Under the pieces are notes generated by a model that searched no databases, had not been told where the DNA came from, and saw nothing but the letters and a program-made list of their open reading frames with translations. The position numbers and the translations under genes are program-made. This document shows positions 18,471 through 27,430 of a stretch of 64,000 bases of DNA, piece after piece (the first letter of the stretch is position 1; every line of letters begins with the position of its first letter). The DNA is from an uncultured Phycisphaerales bacterium (GTDB lineage Bacteria > Planctomycetota > Phycisphaerae > Phycisphaerales > SM1A02), in the NCBI GenBank assembly GCA_938084645.1, contig CALKEP010000005.1, positions 1 through 64,000 on the forward strand, read 5' to 3'.

Positions 18471-20767
18471 TAGGGCGCTGGGGCCGCGACGAGTCCGCGG
18501 AGGCGTTCGAATCGGCGTCGAAACGCCTCCGATCCGTAATCGGGACGCTCGGCCCGCAGCCGATCGATTCGCGGGCCGATTCGATCGAGGTTTCGGCCGA
18601 GCAGGTGGAGCAGTTCAAGTCGCTCGATCTCGCATCGCCACCAGATCGGATCGGCGGGCGTCGTTCCGCGCACGATCCTGGTCAGGATCCCGATCGCCGC
18701 GGCGGCATCCGCGTCGGTGGGTGCGGTGCGCGACGCATCGGATGCGGTGGTGATCCGACCTCCCAGCAGGATCGCCTGCAGGGCCAGCGGCTCGGTCGCG
18801 TCGGGGTTGTCCTCGAGGATCCGTGCCAGTCGCGCAGTCGCCTCTTCCGGTCGCCCGGCGGCGGCGTCGATCCACGCCCATTCCAGAAGCGCGGTGTCGT
18901 CGACATCGGACCGCCGCGGGTCTTCGCCCGGCGTCGTTCGGGTCGCGACGGCGAGCACCGCCTCGGCCGCGGCGCGGGCGACGCGTCGATCGTCCGCATC
19001 GAGGGAGGCCACCACCGAGCGGTGCGCCTCTCGCCGCGCCGTCGCGAGCAGGCGACGGGCCAGCGCGGGGTCGTCGCGCTCGAGCCGCGCAAGCATGCCG
19101 GCGGCATCGGCGTCGCGGCCGTCGCGTCGCAGGGCTTCGATCGCGAGGGTCGCGAGGCGTACCCGGGTGCCCTCGTCAGCCGGCAGCGGCGCGGGGGCGG
19201 TCCACCTTGCCGCGATCTTCGCCGCCGAACTGACGCGATCGAGATCGAGCAGGAGTTCGATCCGGACGAGATCCGCGTCGACCCGGAGGGGGGCGAGCGG
19301 GTCCGCGGGCAGTCGATCGTCGATGGCGTCGAGCCGGCGGAGCAGGAGCTCGGTCTCGACGCCCCGCTCCCGCAGCTCGCAGATCCGCACCAGCGCCTCC
19401 GGCCCACGGGTGGATCGTCGATCGATCGCGTTCCATGCGTCGCGGGCGGCGGCTTCGTCTCCGCGCCGCATCGCGCGTTCTCCGGACCGCATGATCCAAT
19501 CATCGAGGCCGGGATGACGAGGCATCGCGGCGGCGAGTCGACCGATCGTGGTGGCATGGCGTCGATCGTCGGAATCCGCGTCGGCGAGCCGCGCCGCGAG
19601 TTCCGCGGCGCGGAGTCCGCTGGGATGGGCGGGAAGCAGTTCGCACGCGGCGACCAACTGTTCGATCGCCTCGTCGGCGCGATCCGCTCGGAGGGCCAGG
19701 TTGGCGAGTTCGAGACGGGCTTCCACCACGACGTCCTCGTTGTCGGCGTCCAACGCCCGATTCGCGAGACGCGTCGCCATCGCGAGGTCGCCGGCCTCGC
19801 CGAATTCGATCGCGCGACCAAGGGCGATCAGCGGTGGGGTGCCGCCCGCGTCGTCGCCGCGATCCAGTCCGCTCGCGATGCCCGCGAGGCCGCGGACGAG
19901 TCTGGGTCGGATCCTCGGGTTCTCTTCGGTGGTCCGGAGAAGTTCGACGAGGGCGGTCCGGGTCGCCTCGGCGATCGGCATCGTCTCGGAGGCGGCCTGG
20001 AGCAGGATCGCGGCGAGCAGCAGGCGGTCGGCGTCGCGGCGTCGGATGCGAAGCATGCCGCGAGCGACGGCGAGCCTGCTCGTCGCGGTCGCGGTGCCGG
20101 TCTTCGCGAGTCGATCCAGCCACTCGAATTCGAGTGCATCGACGCCCGCGGGATTCTCGCGCACCCGCGTCAGGAGGGTCGCGGGGGAACGAGTCGACGC
20201 CGACTCCTCCGCGACCAGCGCGAGGAACGCGAGGCCGGCGAGCGTCGGCCCGTCGAGGTCGGTGGTTCGCTCGGCGGCGTCGCCGAGACCGCGATGCAGG
20301 CGCCGCAGTGTCTTCGAGTCGATCCGATCCCGATCGGGGCGGCTCATGATCTCGAGGGTCTCGAGCGTCGCGGCGAGGCAGATGGCCCGGGCGATGCGGC
20401 GATCGCGTCCGGCGCCGGTGGTCGACGCGAGGTCGGATGACGCTTCCTCGACGAGCTTTCCGGCCCGAGCGAGCGGTGATCGGACGGACTCGGCGAGCTT
20501 GGGCGAGAACGGCGTCCAGATCAGGCGGGTTCGAACCCGAGGAGGAATCTCCTCCCGCAGGATCGTCGCCGCGAGCGTCAGGCGACGATCGGCGCGACGC
20601 AGCGGGTCCTCGATCGCCTCGAATTCGAGGCCCGCGCCGGTTTCATCGGTGGCGGTCGCGGCAGGGGTGGCGACGGGATCGTCCGGGGGTGCGTCGGCCA
20701 GGACACCGCTCGCGAACGCCATCGCGAGGATTCCGCCGAGGCGGAGGATGCATCCGGTCGTCCGCAT
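18470..20767 (-). CDS. Large exported alpha-helical (TPR-like) protein
   Basis: Signal peptide MRTTGCILRLGGILAMAFASGVLA and A/R/L-rich TPR-like repeats (ARLELANLALRADRADEAIEQL; GRPEEATARLARILEDNP). Start overlaps the exbD stop (TGATG). Confidence 0.75.
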   Translation of the reverse strand: MRTTGCILRLGGILAMAFASGVLADAPPDDPVATPAATATDETGAGLEFEAIEDPLRRADRRLTLAATILREEIPPRVRTRLIWTPFSPKLAESVRSPLARAGKLVEEASSDLASTTGAGRDRRIARAICLAATLETLEIMSRPDRDRIDSKTLRRLHRGLGDAAERTTDLDGPTLAGLAFLALVAEESASTRSPATLLTRVRENPAGVDALEFEWLDRLAKTGTATATSRLAVARGMLRIRRRDADRLLLAAILLQAASETMPIAEATRTALVELLRTTEENPRIRPRLVRGLAGIASGLDRGDDAGGTPPLIALGRAIEFGEAGDLAMATRLANRALDADNEDVVVEARLELANLALRADRADEAIEQLVAACELLPAHPSGLRAAELAARLADADSDDRRHATTIGRLAAAMPRHPGLDDWIMRSGERAMRRGDEAAARDAWNAIDRRSTRGPEALVRICELRERGVETELLLRRLDAIDDRLPADPLAPLRVDADLVRIELLLDLDRVSSAAKIAARWTAPAPLPADEGTRVRLATLAIEALRRDGRDADAAGMLARLERDDPALARRLLATARREAHRSVVASLDADDRRVARAAAEAVLAVATRTTPGEDPRRSDVDDTALLEWAWIDAAAGRPEEATARLARILEDNPDATEPLALQAILLGGRITTASDASRTAPTDADAAAAIGILTRIVRGTTPADPIWWRCEIERLELLHLLGRNLDRIGPRIDRLRAERPDYGSEAFRRRFERLRGLVAAPAP

Positions 20768-21243
20768 CAGGGGGCGTTTCCGCTGGAAGTGTCGATGAAC
20801 CCGACCGAATCGAATCCGGCGCGGACCGCCGCGTTGAACGCCTCGACCGCCTCGCCCCAGTCGACCCCGGGAAGCGGGTCCACGTGGATCGGGGTGTTCG
20901 CGGGCAGCAGTCCGCCGCGATCCAGTCGGCGTGCTTCCAGAAACGCGGTGAGGGCGTCGACGTGGACCGGTCCGTCCCACGGTCCATCCACCCTGATCCG
21001 ACCGGAACCCGCGACCTGCACCACGACCGGGGTGACGTCGAGTTCGAACGGATCGATCTCGATCGATTCCCCCCGATCCGGGACGTCGAGCCGGAAGGTC
21101 TGCTCGCCGACCGCGAAACTCGTTCCGAGCAGGAAGTAGATGAGCAACTGGAACACCACGTCGATCATCGGGGTGAGGTTGAGTTCGACCCGGGCCTTCT
21201 GCGGTCGGCCGGTCGCGGTCGAAGGGCGTCGTCGGTGACTCAC
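20767..21243 (-). CDS. ExbD/TolR family protein
   Basis: ELNLTPMIDVVFQLLIYFLL TM helix with the conserved Asp. GTGA overlap with the upstream gene. Confidence 0.9.
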   Translation of the reverse strand: MSHRRRPSTATGRPQKARVELNLTPMIDVVFQLLIYFLLGTSFAVGEQTFRLDVPDRGESIEIDPFELDVTPVVVQVAGSGRIRVDGPWDGPVHVDALTAFLEARRLDRGGLLPANTPIHVDPLPGVDWGEAVEAFNAAVRAGFDSVGFIDTSSGNAP

Positions 21244-21737
21244 GCGTCCTCCTCCCGTCCGACGACGGACTCGTCGATCACCACGAGATTCACACGGACG
21301 CCGTCGACCCGGTCGGTCCCTCGTCCAGACCGTCCGAGGGCGTCGAGGACCGGTGACACCGTCGTGTACGGAAGTCGCCGATCGGCCCGCAGATTGACCT
21401 GCAGATCCGGTGTCTCGAGCAATCGTCTCCGGACCTCCGTCTCGAGGGCCGCGATGCCGGCGACGTCGAGATCGAAGTCCCGTTGTTCAAGCGTCGCCCG
21501 CCGGCGGTCCGCCCGGTCGTCGTGCACGAGGTTGACCACGATGCGGGGCGCTTCATCCGCGGCGCCCGCCGCGGGGTCCCGCGGCACGGGAAGCTCCATC
21601 GGCACCTGCTCGACCGCGGTGATCCGCGAGACGAGGACGAAGAACACGACCAGCAGGAAGGTCATGTCGATCATCGGCGTCAGGTTCGCGCCGGTGCGGA
21701 CCGGACGGCCCACGTCGAGCTTCGAGACGGCGCTCAC
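21240..21737 (-). CDS. ExbD/TolR family protein
   Basis: NLTPMIDMTFLLVVFFVL TM helix and VNLRADRRLPY. GTG 21737 overlaps the exbB stop. Confidence 0.9.
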   Translation of the reverse strand: MSAVSKLDVGRPVRTGANLTPMIDMTFLLVVFFVLVSRITAVEQVPMELPVPRDPAAGAADEAPRIVVNLVHDDRADRRRATLEQRDFDLDVAGIAALETEVRRRLLETPDLQVNLRADRRLPYTTVSPVLDALGRSGRGTDRVDGVRVNLVVIDESVVGREEDA

Positions 21738-22570
21738 GGTTCCGGCGACTCCGATGCGGAGCGGAGACGGGCGTCGGATGCCGCATCCCCGGGCCTGAAC
21801 TTCTCCAGGATCGTCTCGGCCTCCGAGATGGCCTCGGTCAGGCTCGCGTCGAGGCGGCCGCGCAACGCGGCGTACCCGGCGAGGGCGGGGATCGCGACCA
21901 CGAGGCCCCAGAACGTCGTGACCAGGGCGGTGCCGATGCCGCCGGCGAGGAGCACCGGATCGGCGTTGCCGCCGCTCGCGACGATCGACTGGAACGCGAG
22001 GATCATGCCGTACACGGTGCCGAAGAGTCCGACCATCGGGCTCACCTGCCCGATCACGTTCAGGATCTCGACGTGTCGGGTCCGACGCGCGACGACTTCG
22101 GTCGCAGCCTGTTCGAGGCCGCCCTCCATCGACTGGAATCCGGCGGGGGCCCGCTCGAGTCCACCCAGGAGGATCGTCGAGAAGTCGCTGTCGGCGTCCG
22201 GTTCCGACAGCATCGCCATCGTCTCCCGGTATCGACCGGCGTCCACGTACTCCGCGGCGCGATGCATCACGACCTCGGGTGCGATGCTCGTTCGTCGGTT
22301 CGCCGCGGCGAGCTGGCCGATCAGGCCGATGCTTGCGACGCTGGTGGCCATCAGCAGCCAGATGACGAGGCTTCCCAGCCACTCCACGCTGCGCACGCCG
22401 TTGACATCCACCGCGTGCGAGATGAAGAAGGCCTCCGCGAAACTGTGGGCCGTCCCGTCCCCCTGGGCGGACGCGGACGCGGTCGCGGCGAGCAGCGTGA
22501 GCATGGTGAGCACGCGGACGCCGTGGATCGGGCGTCGGCGGCGTGGACGTGTGTCATGATTCATGGTCAT
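21734..22570 (-). CDS. MotA/TolQ/ExbB proton channel family protein
   Basis: SPMVGLFGTVYGMILAF and LAGGIGTALVTTFWGLVVAIPA, with an N-terminal signal-like segment. Confidence 0.92.
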   Translation of the reverse strand: MTMNHDTRPRRRRPIHGVRVLTMLTLLAATASASAQGDGTAHSFAEAFFISHAVDVNGVRSVEWLGSLVIWLLMATSVASIGLIGQLAAANRRTSIAPEVVMHRAAEYVDAGRYRETMAMLSEPDADSDFSTILLGGLERAPAGFQSMEGGLEQAATEVVARRTRHVEILNVIGQVSPMVGLFGTVYGMILAFQSIVASGGNADPVLLAGGIGTALVTTFWGLVVAIPALAGYAALRGRLDASLTEAISEAETILEKFRPGDAASDARLRSASESPEP

Positions 22571-22665
22571 TCGATCCTGTTCTTTCCTGTGCATCCGCAA
22601 GCCCGCCTCCCGGGAATTCGCCGCAAGTCCGGTCCGGCGCGATCGTCACGTCCGTTCCACGCGAC

Positions 22666-23646
22666 TCAACGGCCGAGCCCCAGCGCCGCGCGGTCGATGA
22701 AGGCGAAACCGGGTTCACGATCGTCGCCGCCGTGCATCCGGGCGATCTTCCGCAACGTCCCGAGTCGATCCTCGTCGAGCAGCTGGATGCAGCGGATCAC
22801 CGTCTTTCGTCGACCATCGGCGTCGGCGGGGTTGAGTTCATCGAGCAGTTCCAGCAACGCGTCGCGGTCGATCTCGTAGACGCCCGCGCCCGTGATGTCG
22901 GTGCTGACGAGATACACCACTTCGGGATCGACCGCGAAAGCCTCTCGAAGGGCCGCCGCCGGGTCGCTCCGCCCCTCCGGACGGAGGCTTCGCATCCAGT
23001 CCGCGGCTTGGTCGATCGCGGGCGTGGTCGCCGCACGGAGTCGACCGTCGATGGGGAGCGGCGCGGCCACGCCCGCCCGGAACAGGACCACCGAGAAGGA
23101 CTGGCGGGGGACGAGTCTGCGAAGGGTCCGTTCGACCTCGTCGATCACCGCCGGGTACGCGCCGATCATCGAACCACTGGCGTCGACCACGAAGACGATC
23201 CGCCGGGCGGCGGGGGCGCCGACGCCACCGAAGTCGATGCCGGGCAGCGATGCATCGCCTTCGGCTCCGGCGAGATCGGTGCCATCAAGAAGCAGATCGT
23301 CGGCGGCGAAGATGAGATCGGCGATCTCCGCGACCTCGACGGTCTCCGGTCTGGATTCGGTCGGCGTCCGGGTCGGACGAGACGCCATCGATCGGATCGG
23401 ATCGGCCGGTTGCAGGGTCGACACCGGTTCGAACGTCCTTGGAGGTGGGGGGGCGAGGATCCGGGAATCACCCTCGTCCTCCGACGCGTCGACGACGCTC
23501 CAGGTGATCAGGAAGGCGAAGGCGAGGAGCAGGACGTGGGCCGTGATCGAGAGCGACCACGCGAGCGGGGCTCCGGGCCGCCGCTTTCGTGTTCGCCGCC
23601 CATTCGGGTCGAACGACGTTGATGGTTCGTTCCAAGAGTTCGTCAT
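22666..23646 (-). CDS. Membrane-anchored von Willebrand factor A (vWA) domain protein
   Basis: N-terminal TM (WSLSITAHVLLLAFAFLITW), a Pro/Thr-rich linker and MIDAS-type IVFVVDASGSM; later PEVVYLVST. Confidence 0.85.
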   Translation of the reverse strand: MTNSWNEPSTSFDPNGRRTRKRRPGAPLAWSLSITAHVLLLAFAFLITWSVVDASEDEGDSRILAPPPPRTFEPVSTLQPADPIRSMASRPTRTPTESRPETVEVAEIADLIFAADDLLLDGTDLAGAEGDASLPGIDFGGVGAPAARRIVFVVDASGSMIGAYPAVIDEVERTLRRLVPRQSFSVVLFRAGVAAPLPIDGRLRAATTPAIDQAADWMRSLRPEGRSDPAAALREAFAVDPEVVYLVSTDITGAGVYEIDRDALLELLDELNPADADGRRKTVIRCIQLLDEDRLGTLRKIARMHGGDDREPGFAFIDRAALGLGR

Positions 23647-23735
23647 GCGAGATTGACCCTACCCCCGGCGATCACCCCTCGCCTGCGGTCGGGCGGAAAA
23701 GGGGTGAGATCGTCCAACGTCGGCGTGGGACCGCA

Positions 23736-24380
23736 TCAGGGCTCGTGGTCGGCCGCATCGTCGAGCTCGGGATCATCCTCCTCCGCGGGCCGCGCTGCGC
23801 CGCCGAACACCGCGTGGTCGATGCTGAGGCCGCCGGGCCCGGTCAGGACGATTCCGGTCGAGAGGGTGAACAACGCGACCTGGGCCGCGGCCTTCGTGAA
23901 GGTCGGGACATCGAGGTCGAGCGGGCTGACGGTCTTCAGGACGGGCAGCGTCGTCAGGGCGAAGGCGAATCCCATCGCGACGGAGAGCCCGACCGCCCAG
24001 ATCCGGCTGAAGAACCCGATGAGCAGCAGACCGCCTCCGACCAGTTCGGTGATGGCCGCGAGCCAGGCCTGGGCCACGGGATAGGGCAGTTCGTGGTCGT
24101 GAAGAAGCACGGCGAGGCCGTAGAGGCGCCTCGCCTCGAGCGGCGCCTCCGACTCGGCTCGCGCGGCCTCCGACGGCGGCGAGAGTTCCTGCCCGAGCGC
24201 GGCCGGCTTCGCATCCGCGGTCGACACCCCGGTGAGGGTGCGGATCGTGGCGGCCGCGGGGCCGGAGAATTCGGCCTGGTTCATGATCTTCGACCACCCC
24301 GCGGGCACGAACACCGCGCAGAGGGTGACCCGGACCAGGAGCGGAAGCAGGTGCAGGGCGGCGACTCGGCTGAATCCCAT
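23736..24380 (-). CDS. DoxX family membrane protein
   Basis: LLVRVTL..VFVPAGWSKI, ELVGGGLLLIGFFSR and GPGGLSID motifs. GGAGG precedes ATG 24380. Confidence 0.88.
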   Translation of the reverse strand: MGFSRVAALHLLPLLVRVTLCAVFVPAGWSKIMNQAEFSGPAAATIRTLTGVSTADAKPAALGQELSPPSEAARAESEAPLEARRLYGLAVLLHDHELPYPVAQAWLAAITELVGGGLLLIGFFSRIWAVGLSVAMGFAFALTTLPVLKTVSPLDLDVPTFTKAAAQVALFTLSTGIVLTGPGGLSIDHAVFGGAARPAEEDDPELDDAADHEP

Positions 24381-24466
24381 CGGGGCGTCCTCCGTCGCGA
24401 TTTCGCATGCGACCGGCGGCTCGAGACCGTCGTCGCGGTCCGAACACTCATACGATACGTTCCCAC

Positions 24467-24550
24467 GCGGGCGTGGCGAAACTGGCAGACGCGCGGGATT
24501 TAGGTTCCCGTGGGGTAAGACCCGTGCAGGTTCGAGTCCTGTCGCCCGCA
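24467..24550 (+). tRNA. tRNA-Leu (anticodon TAG)
   Basis: Acceptor stem GCGGGCG/CGCCCGC plus discriminator A, D arm TGGCGAAACTGGCAGACGC, anticodon arm CGGGA-TTTAGGT-TCCCG, long variable arm and GGTTCGAGTCC T-loop. CCA is not encoded. Confidence 0.96.
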
Positions 24551-24578
24551 TTCGCCCCGATTTCACGGATTGGCCCCC

Positions 24579-25985
24579 ATGTCGACGTCCGATCAAAATC
24601 ACCCCGATTCCCGAGCCGAGCGGGACTGGTCACCTTCCGACTGGCGGGCCAGGCCGACGTCGCAGCAGCCGGTCTACGAGGAACCCGAGGCGCTGGCGAA
24701 GGCGGTCGCGAGCCTCCGAAGTCTGCCCCCGCTGGTCACCAGCTGGGAGATCGATCGACTGAGGCGGCAGGTCGCGGAAGCCGTCGAGGGGCGGCGCTTC
24801 CTGCTCCAGGGCGGGGATTGTGCGGAGCGATTCGACGAATGCGGTTCCGAACCGATCGCGGCCCGATTGAAGATCCTGCTCCAGATGAGTCTGGTGCTCG
24901 CGCATGGCGGCCGGCGTCGGGTGATCCGGGTGGGCCGGTTTGCGGGTCAGTACGCGAAGCCACGATCCGCATCCGCGGAGATCCGGGACGGTGTGGAACT
25001 CCCGACCTACCGAGGCGACAACGTGAATGCCCCGGCGTTCAACGCGGCGGATCGCGCCGCCGATCCCGATCGCCTGGTCGAAGGGCACGCTCGATCGGCG
25101 CTCACGCTGAACTTCATTCGCGCCCTCATCGACGGCGGCTTCGCCGATCTCCATCACCCCGAATACTGGGATCTCGACTTCGCGAGCCATTCACCCCGGG
25201 GCGGTGAGTACCAGGCGATGGTCGAGTCGATCGGCGAGGCGCTGCGTTTCATGGAGTCGCTGGCCGGGAAGCAGGTGGGGGAGATGTCGCAGGTCGACTT
25301 CTTCAGCAGTCACGAGGCGTTGCTGCTCGAGTACGAGGAAGCGCTGACCCGGCAGGTGCCGCACCGTCCGGGCTGGTGGAATCTCGCCACGCACTTCCCC
25401 TGGATCGGACTGCGGACGGCGGATCCGGATGGTGGGCACGTCACCTACTGCAGCGGCATTCAGAATCCCATCGGCGTGAAGGTCGGCCCCGGGATGTCCG
25501 TCGAGCAGCTGGTGGCATTGGTCGACCGGCTCGATCCGGACCGGGAGGTCGGACGACTCACGTTGATCCACCGATTCGGACGCGCCGGCATCGATGCCGG
25601 GTTGCCGGCGATGATCGACGCGGTCGCCCGGACCGGCAGCCGCCCCCTCTGGGTCTGCGATCCGATGCACGGCAACACGAGAACGGTGGTCCCGGAGTCG
25701 GGGCCGCTCGCAGGTGAGACCGTGAAGACGCGTTCCTTCGAGGACATTCTCGACGAGCTCGAACAGGCCTTCGAGATCCACGCCGCCTGCGGTTCGGCGC
25801 TCGGCGGGGTTCACTTCGAACTGACCGGTGAGAACGTGGTGGAGTGCACCGGTGGCGCGCGGGGGCTGGTCGATGCCGATCTCGGCCGTGAGTACCGCTC
25901 CCAGGTCGATCCCCGACTGAACTACGAGCAGTCGCTGGAGATGGCGATGCGCATCGCACGGCGGATGCGAGCCACGTCCGAGTAG
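24579..25985 (+). CDS. 3-deoxy-7-phosphoheptulonate (DAHP) synthase, class II
   Basis: FLLQGGDCAE, GRFAGQYAKPRS, YRGDNVN, SHEALLLEYE, WIGLRT, CDPMHGNT and DPRLNYEQSLE motifs. Confidence 0.95.
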   Translation: MSTSDQNHPDSRAERDWSPSDWRARPTSQQPVYEEPEALAKAVASLRSLPPLVTSWEIDRLRRQVAEAVEGRRFLLQGGDCAERFDECGSEPIAARLKILLQMSLVLAHGGRRRVIRVGRFAGQYAKPRSASAEIRDGVELPTYRGDNVNAPAFNAADRAADPDRLVEGHARSALTLNFIRALIDGGFADLHHPEYWDLDFASHSPRGGEYQAMVESIGEALRFMESLAGKQVGEMSQVDFFSSHEALLLEYEEALTRQVPHRPGWWNLATHFPWIGLRTADPDGGHVTYCSGIQNPIGVKVGPGMSVEQLVALVDRLDPDREVGRLTLIHRFGRAGIDAGLPAMIDAVARTGSRPLWVCDPMHGNTRTVVPESGPLAGETVKTRSFEDILDELEQAFEIHAACGSALGGVHFELTGENVVECTGGARGLVDADLGREYRSQVDPRLNYEQSLEMAMRIARRMRATSE

Positions 25986-26083
25986 ACGGTCCGGGACGAC
26001 GGGATCGAGGTTTCCCGGGACGATCTCGTCCACGAACCGGGTGGGCGGAGGGTGTCCCCGGGTTCGGATACACTCCCGAGCCC

Positions 26084-27430
26084 ATGTCCAGGACCCAACG
26101 TCGCGTCGTCATTTCCGGCCTCGGCCCCATCACCCCAGCCGGTGTGGGCATCGATGCCATGTGGAAGAAATCCTGCGAGGGCGGCAGCGCCATCACCCGC
26201 ATCGAAGCCTTCGATGCGAGTGGATTCCGCAGTCGTCACGGCGGGGGGATCTCCAGGGAACTCTTCAACGTCCGCGATGCGGTGCCCAAGTCGTATCGCA
26301 AGGCGACGAAGGTCATGGCTCGGGACACCGAATTCGCGGTCGGCGGCGCGGCGGCCGCGGTGGCGGACGCGGGGCTGCTCACCAAGGCCGCAGGCGACGA
26401 ACCACCCACCATCGCCCCCGATCGGATGGGATGCCACATCGGGGCGGGTCTCATCGCCGCCGACATCGACGAACTCACCATGGCGCTCTCCAGGTCCGTC
26501 GACGATGCCGGTGACTTCGACTACGCGGCCTGGGGCGAACGGGGAATGGGCAACCTGACGCCGTTGTGGCTTCTGAAGTACCTCCCGAACATGCTGGCGT
26601 GCCACGTCACGATCATCCACGACTGCCAGGCGCCGTCGAACACCATCACCTGTGCCGAGTCGAGCGCGACGCTCTCGATCGGCGAATCGATGCGGGTCAT
26701 CCAGCGTGGTGCCGCGGACGTCTGCCTCTCCGGGGGATGCGACTCGAAGCTCAACCCGATGGCCCTGCTTCGCCAGCAGTTCGCCGATCGGATCGCGGAG
26801 ACGGGGGACGACGACGCGACCGCCCACGAGGCGGTGCGGCCCTACGCCGCCGACGCCGACGGCACGCTGGCCGGCGAGGGTGGTGGGATCCTCGTCCTCG
26901 AAGCCCTCGACTCGGTCCGCGAACGCGGGGTACGGGCCTATGCCGAGGTCGCCGGATTCGGAGCGGCCCAGTCCGACTGCCCGGACACCGTCGGGATGAG
27001 GTTCGCCGAAGACGATCCGGGGCTCGAAAGCGCGATCCGTCAGGCCCTCCGCGCCGCGAAGCTCGAACCGTCCGACATCGACGCCATCGTTCCGAGCGGC
27101 ACCGGGATCCCCGACGTCGACGCGGCGGATCGACGCGGCATGAAGGCCGTGTTCGGCGACCGGCTCCCTGAGATACCGATCATCCTCCCGATACCGGTCT
27201 TCGGGCTCTGCGGTGCCGGGATCGGTGCGATCTCCGTCTCGATCGCCGCCAAGGCGATCGAACAGCAGCGACTGCCCGCCCGCGTCAATGCGGATTCGAT
27301 CGAGGGGCTCGACGCCGCCGCGGCCGATTCGCGGGAGGCCGACCTCGGCTCGATCCTGGTGTTCACCACGAATCTCGGCGGGCAGTCCGCCGCCGTGGTC
27401 CTGACCCGCATCGAGGAGGACGCCCGATGA
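26084..27430 (+). CDS. Beta-ketoacyl-ACP synthase-like protein with degenerate His-His (CLF-like)
   Basis: RRVVISGLG, LKYLPNMLAC, NTITC and GEGGGILVLE motifs. The usual AHGT and GH motifs read PSGTG and FGL. Confidence 0.85.
   Translation: MSRTQRRVVISGLGPITPAGVGIDAMWKKSCEGGSAITRIEAFDASGFRSRHGGGISRELFNVRDAVPKSYRKATKVMARDTEFAVGGAAAAVADAGLLTKAAGDEPPTIAPDRMGCHIGAGLIAADIDELTMALSRSVDDAGDFDYAAWGERGMGNLTPLWLLKYLPNMLACHVTIIHDCQAPSNTITCAESSATLSIGESMRVIQRGAADVCLSGGCDSKLNPMALLRQQFADRIAETGDDDATAHEAVRPYAADADGTLAGEGGGILVLEALDSVRERGVRAYAEVAGFGAAQSDCPDTVGMRFAEDDPGLESAIRQALRAAKLEPSDIDAIVPSGTGIPDVDAADRRGMKAVFGDRLPEIPIILPIPVFGLCGAGIGAISVSIAAKAIEQQRLPARVNADSIEGLDAAAADSREADLGSILVFTTNLGGQSAAVVLTRIEEDAR

Noticed and set aside
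24467..24580. tRNA-Leu as an integration site for an island
   Set aside because: No integrase, no duplicated tRNA 3' end was seen, and housekeeping genes flank both sides.
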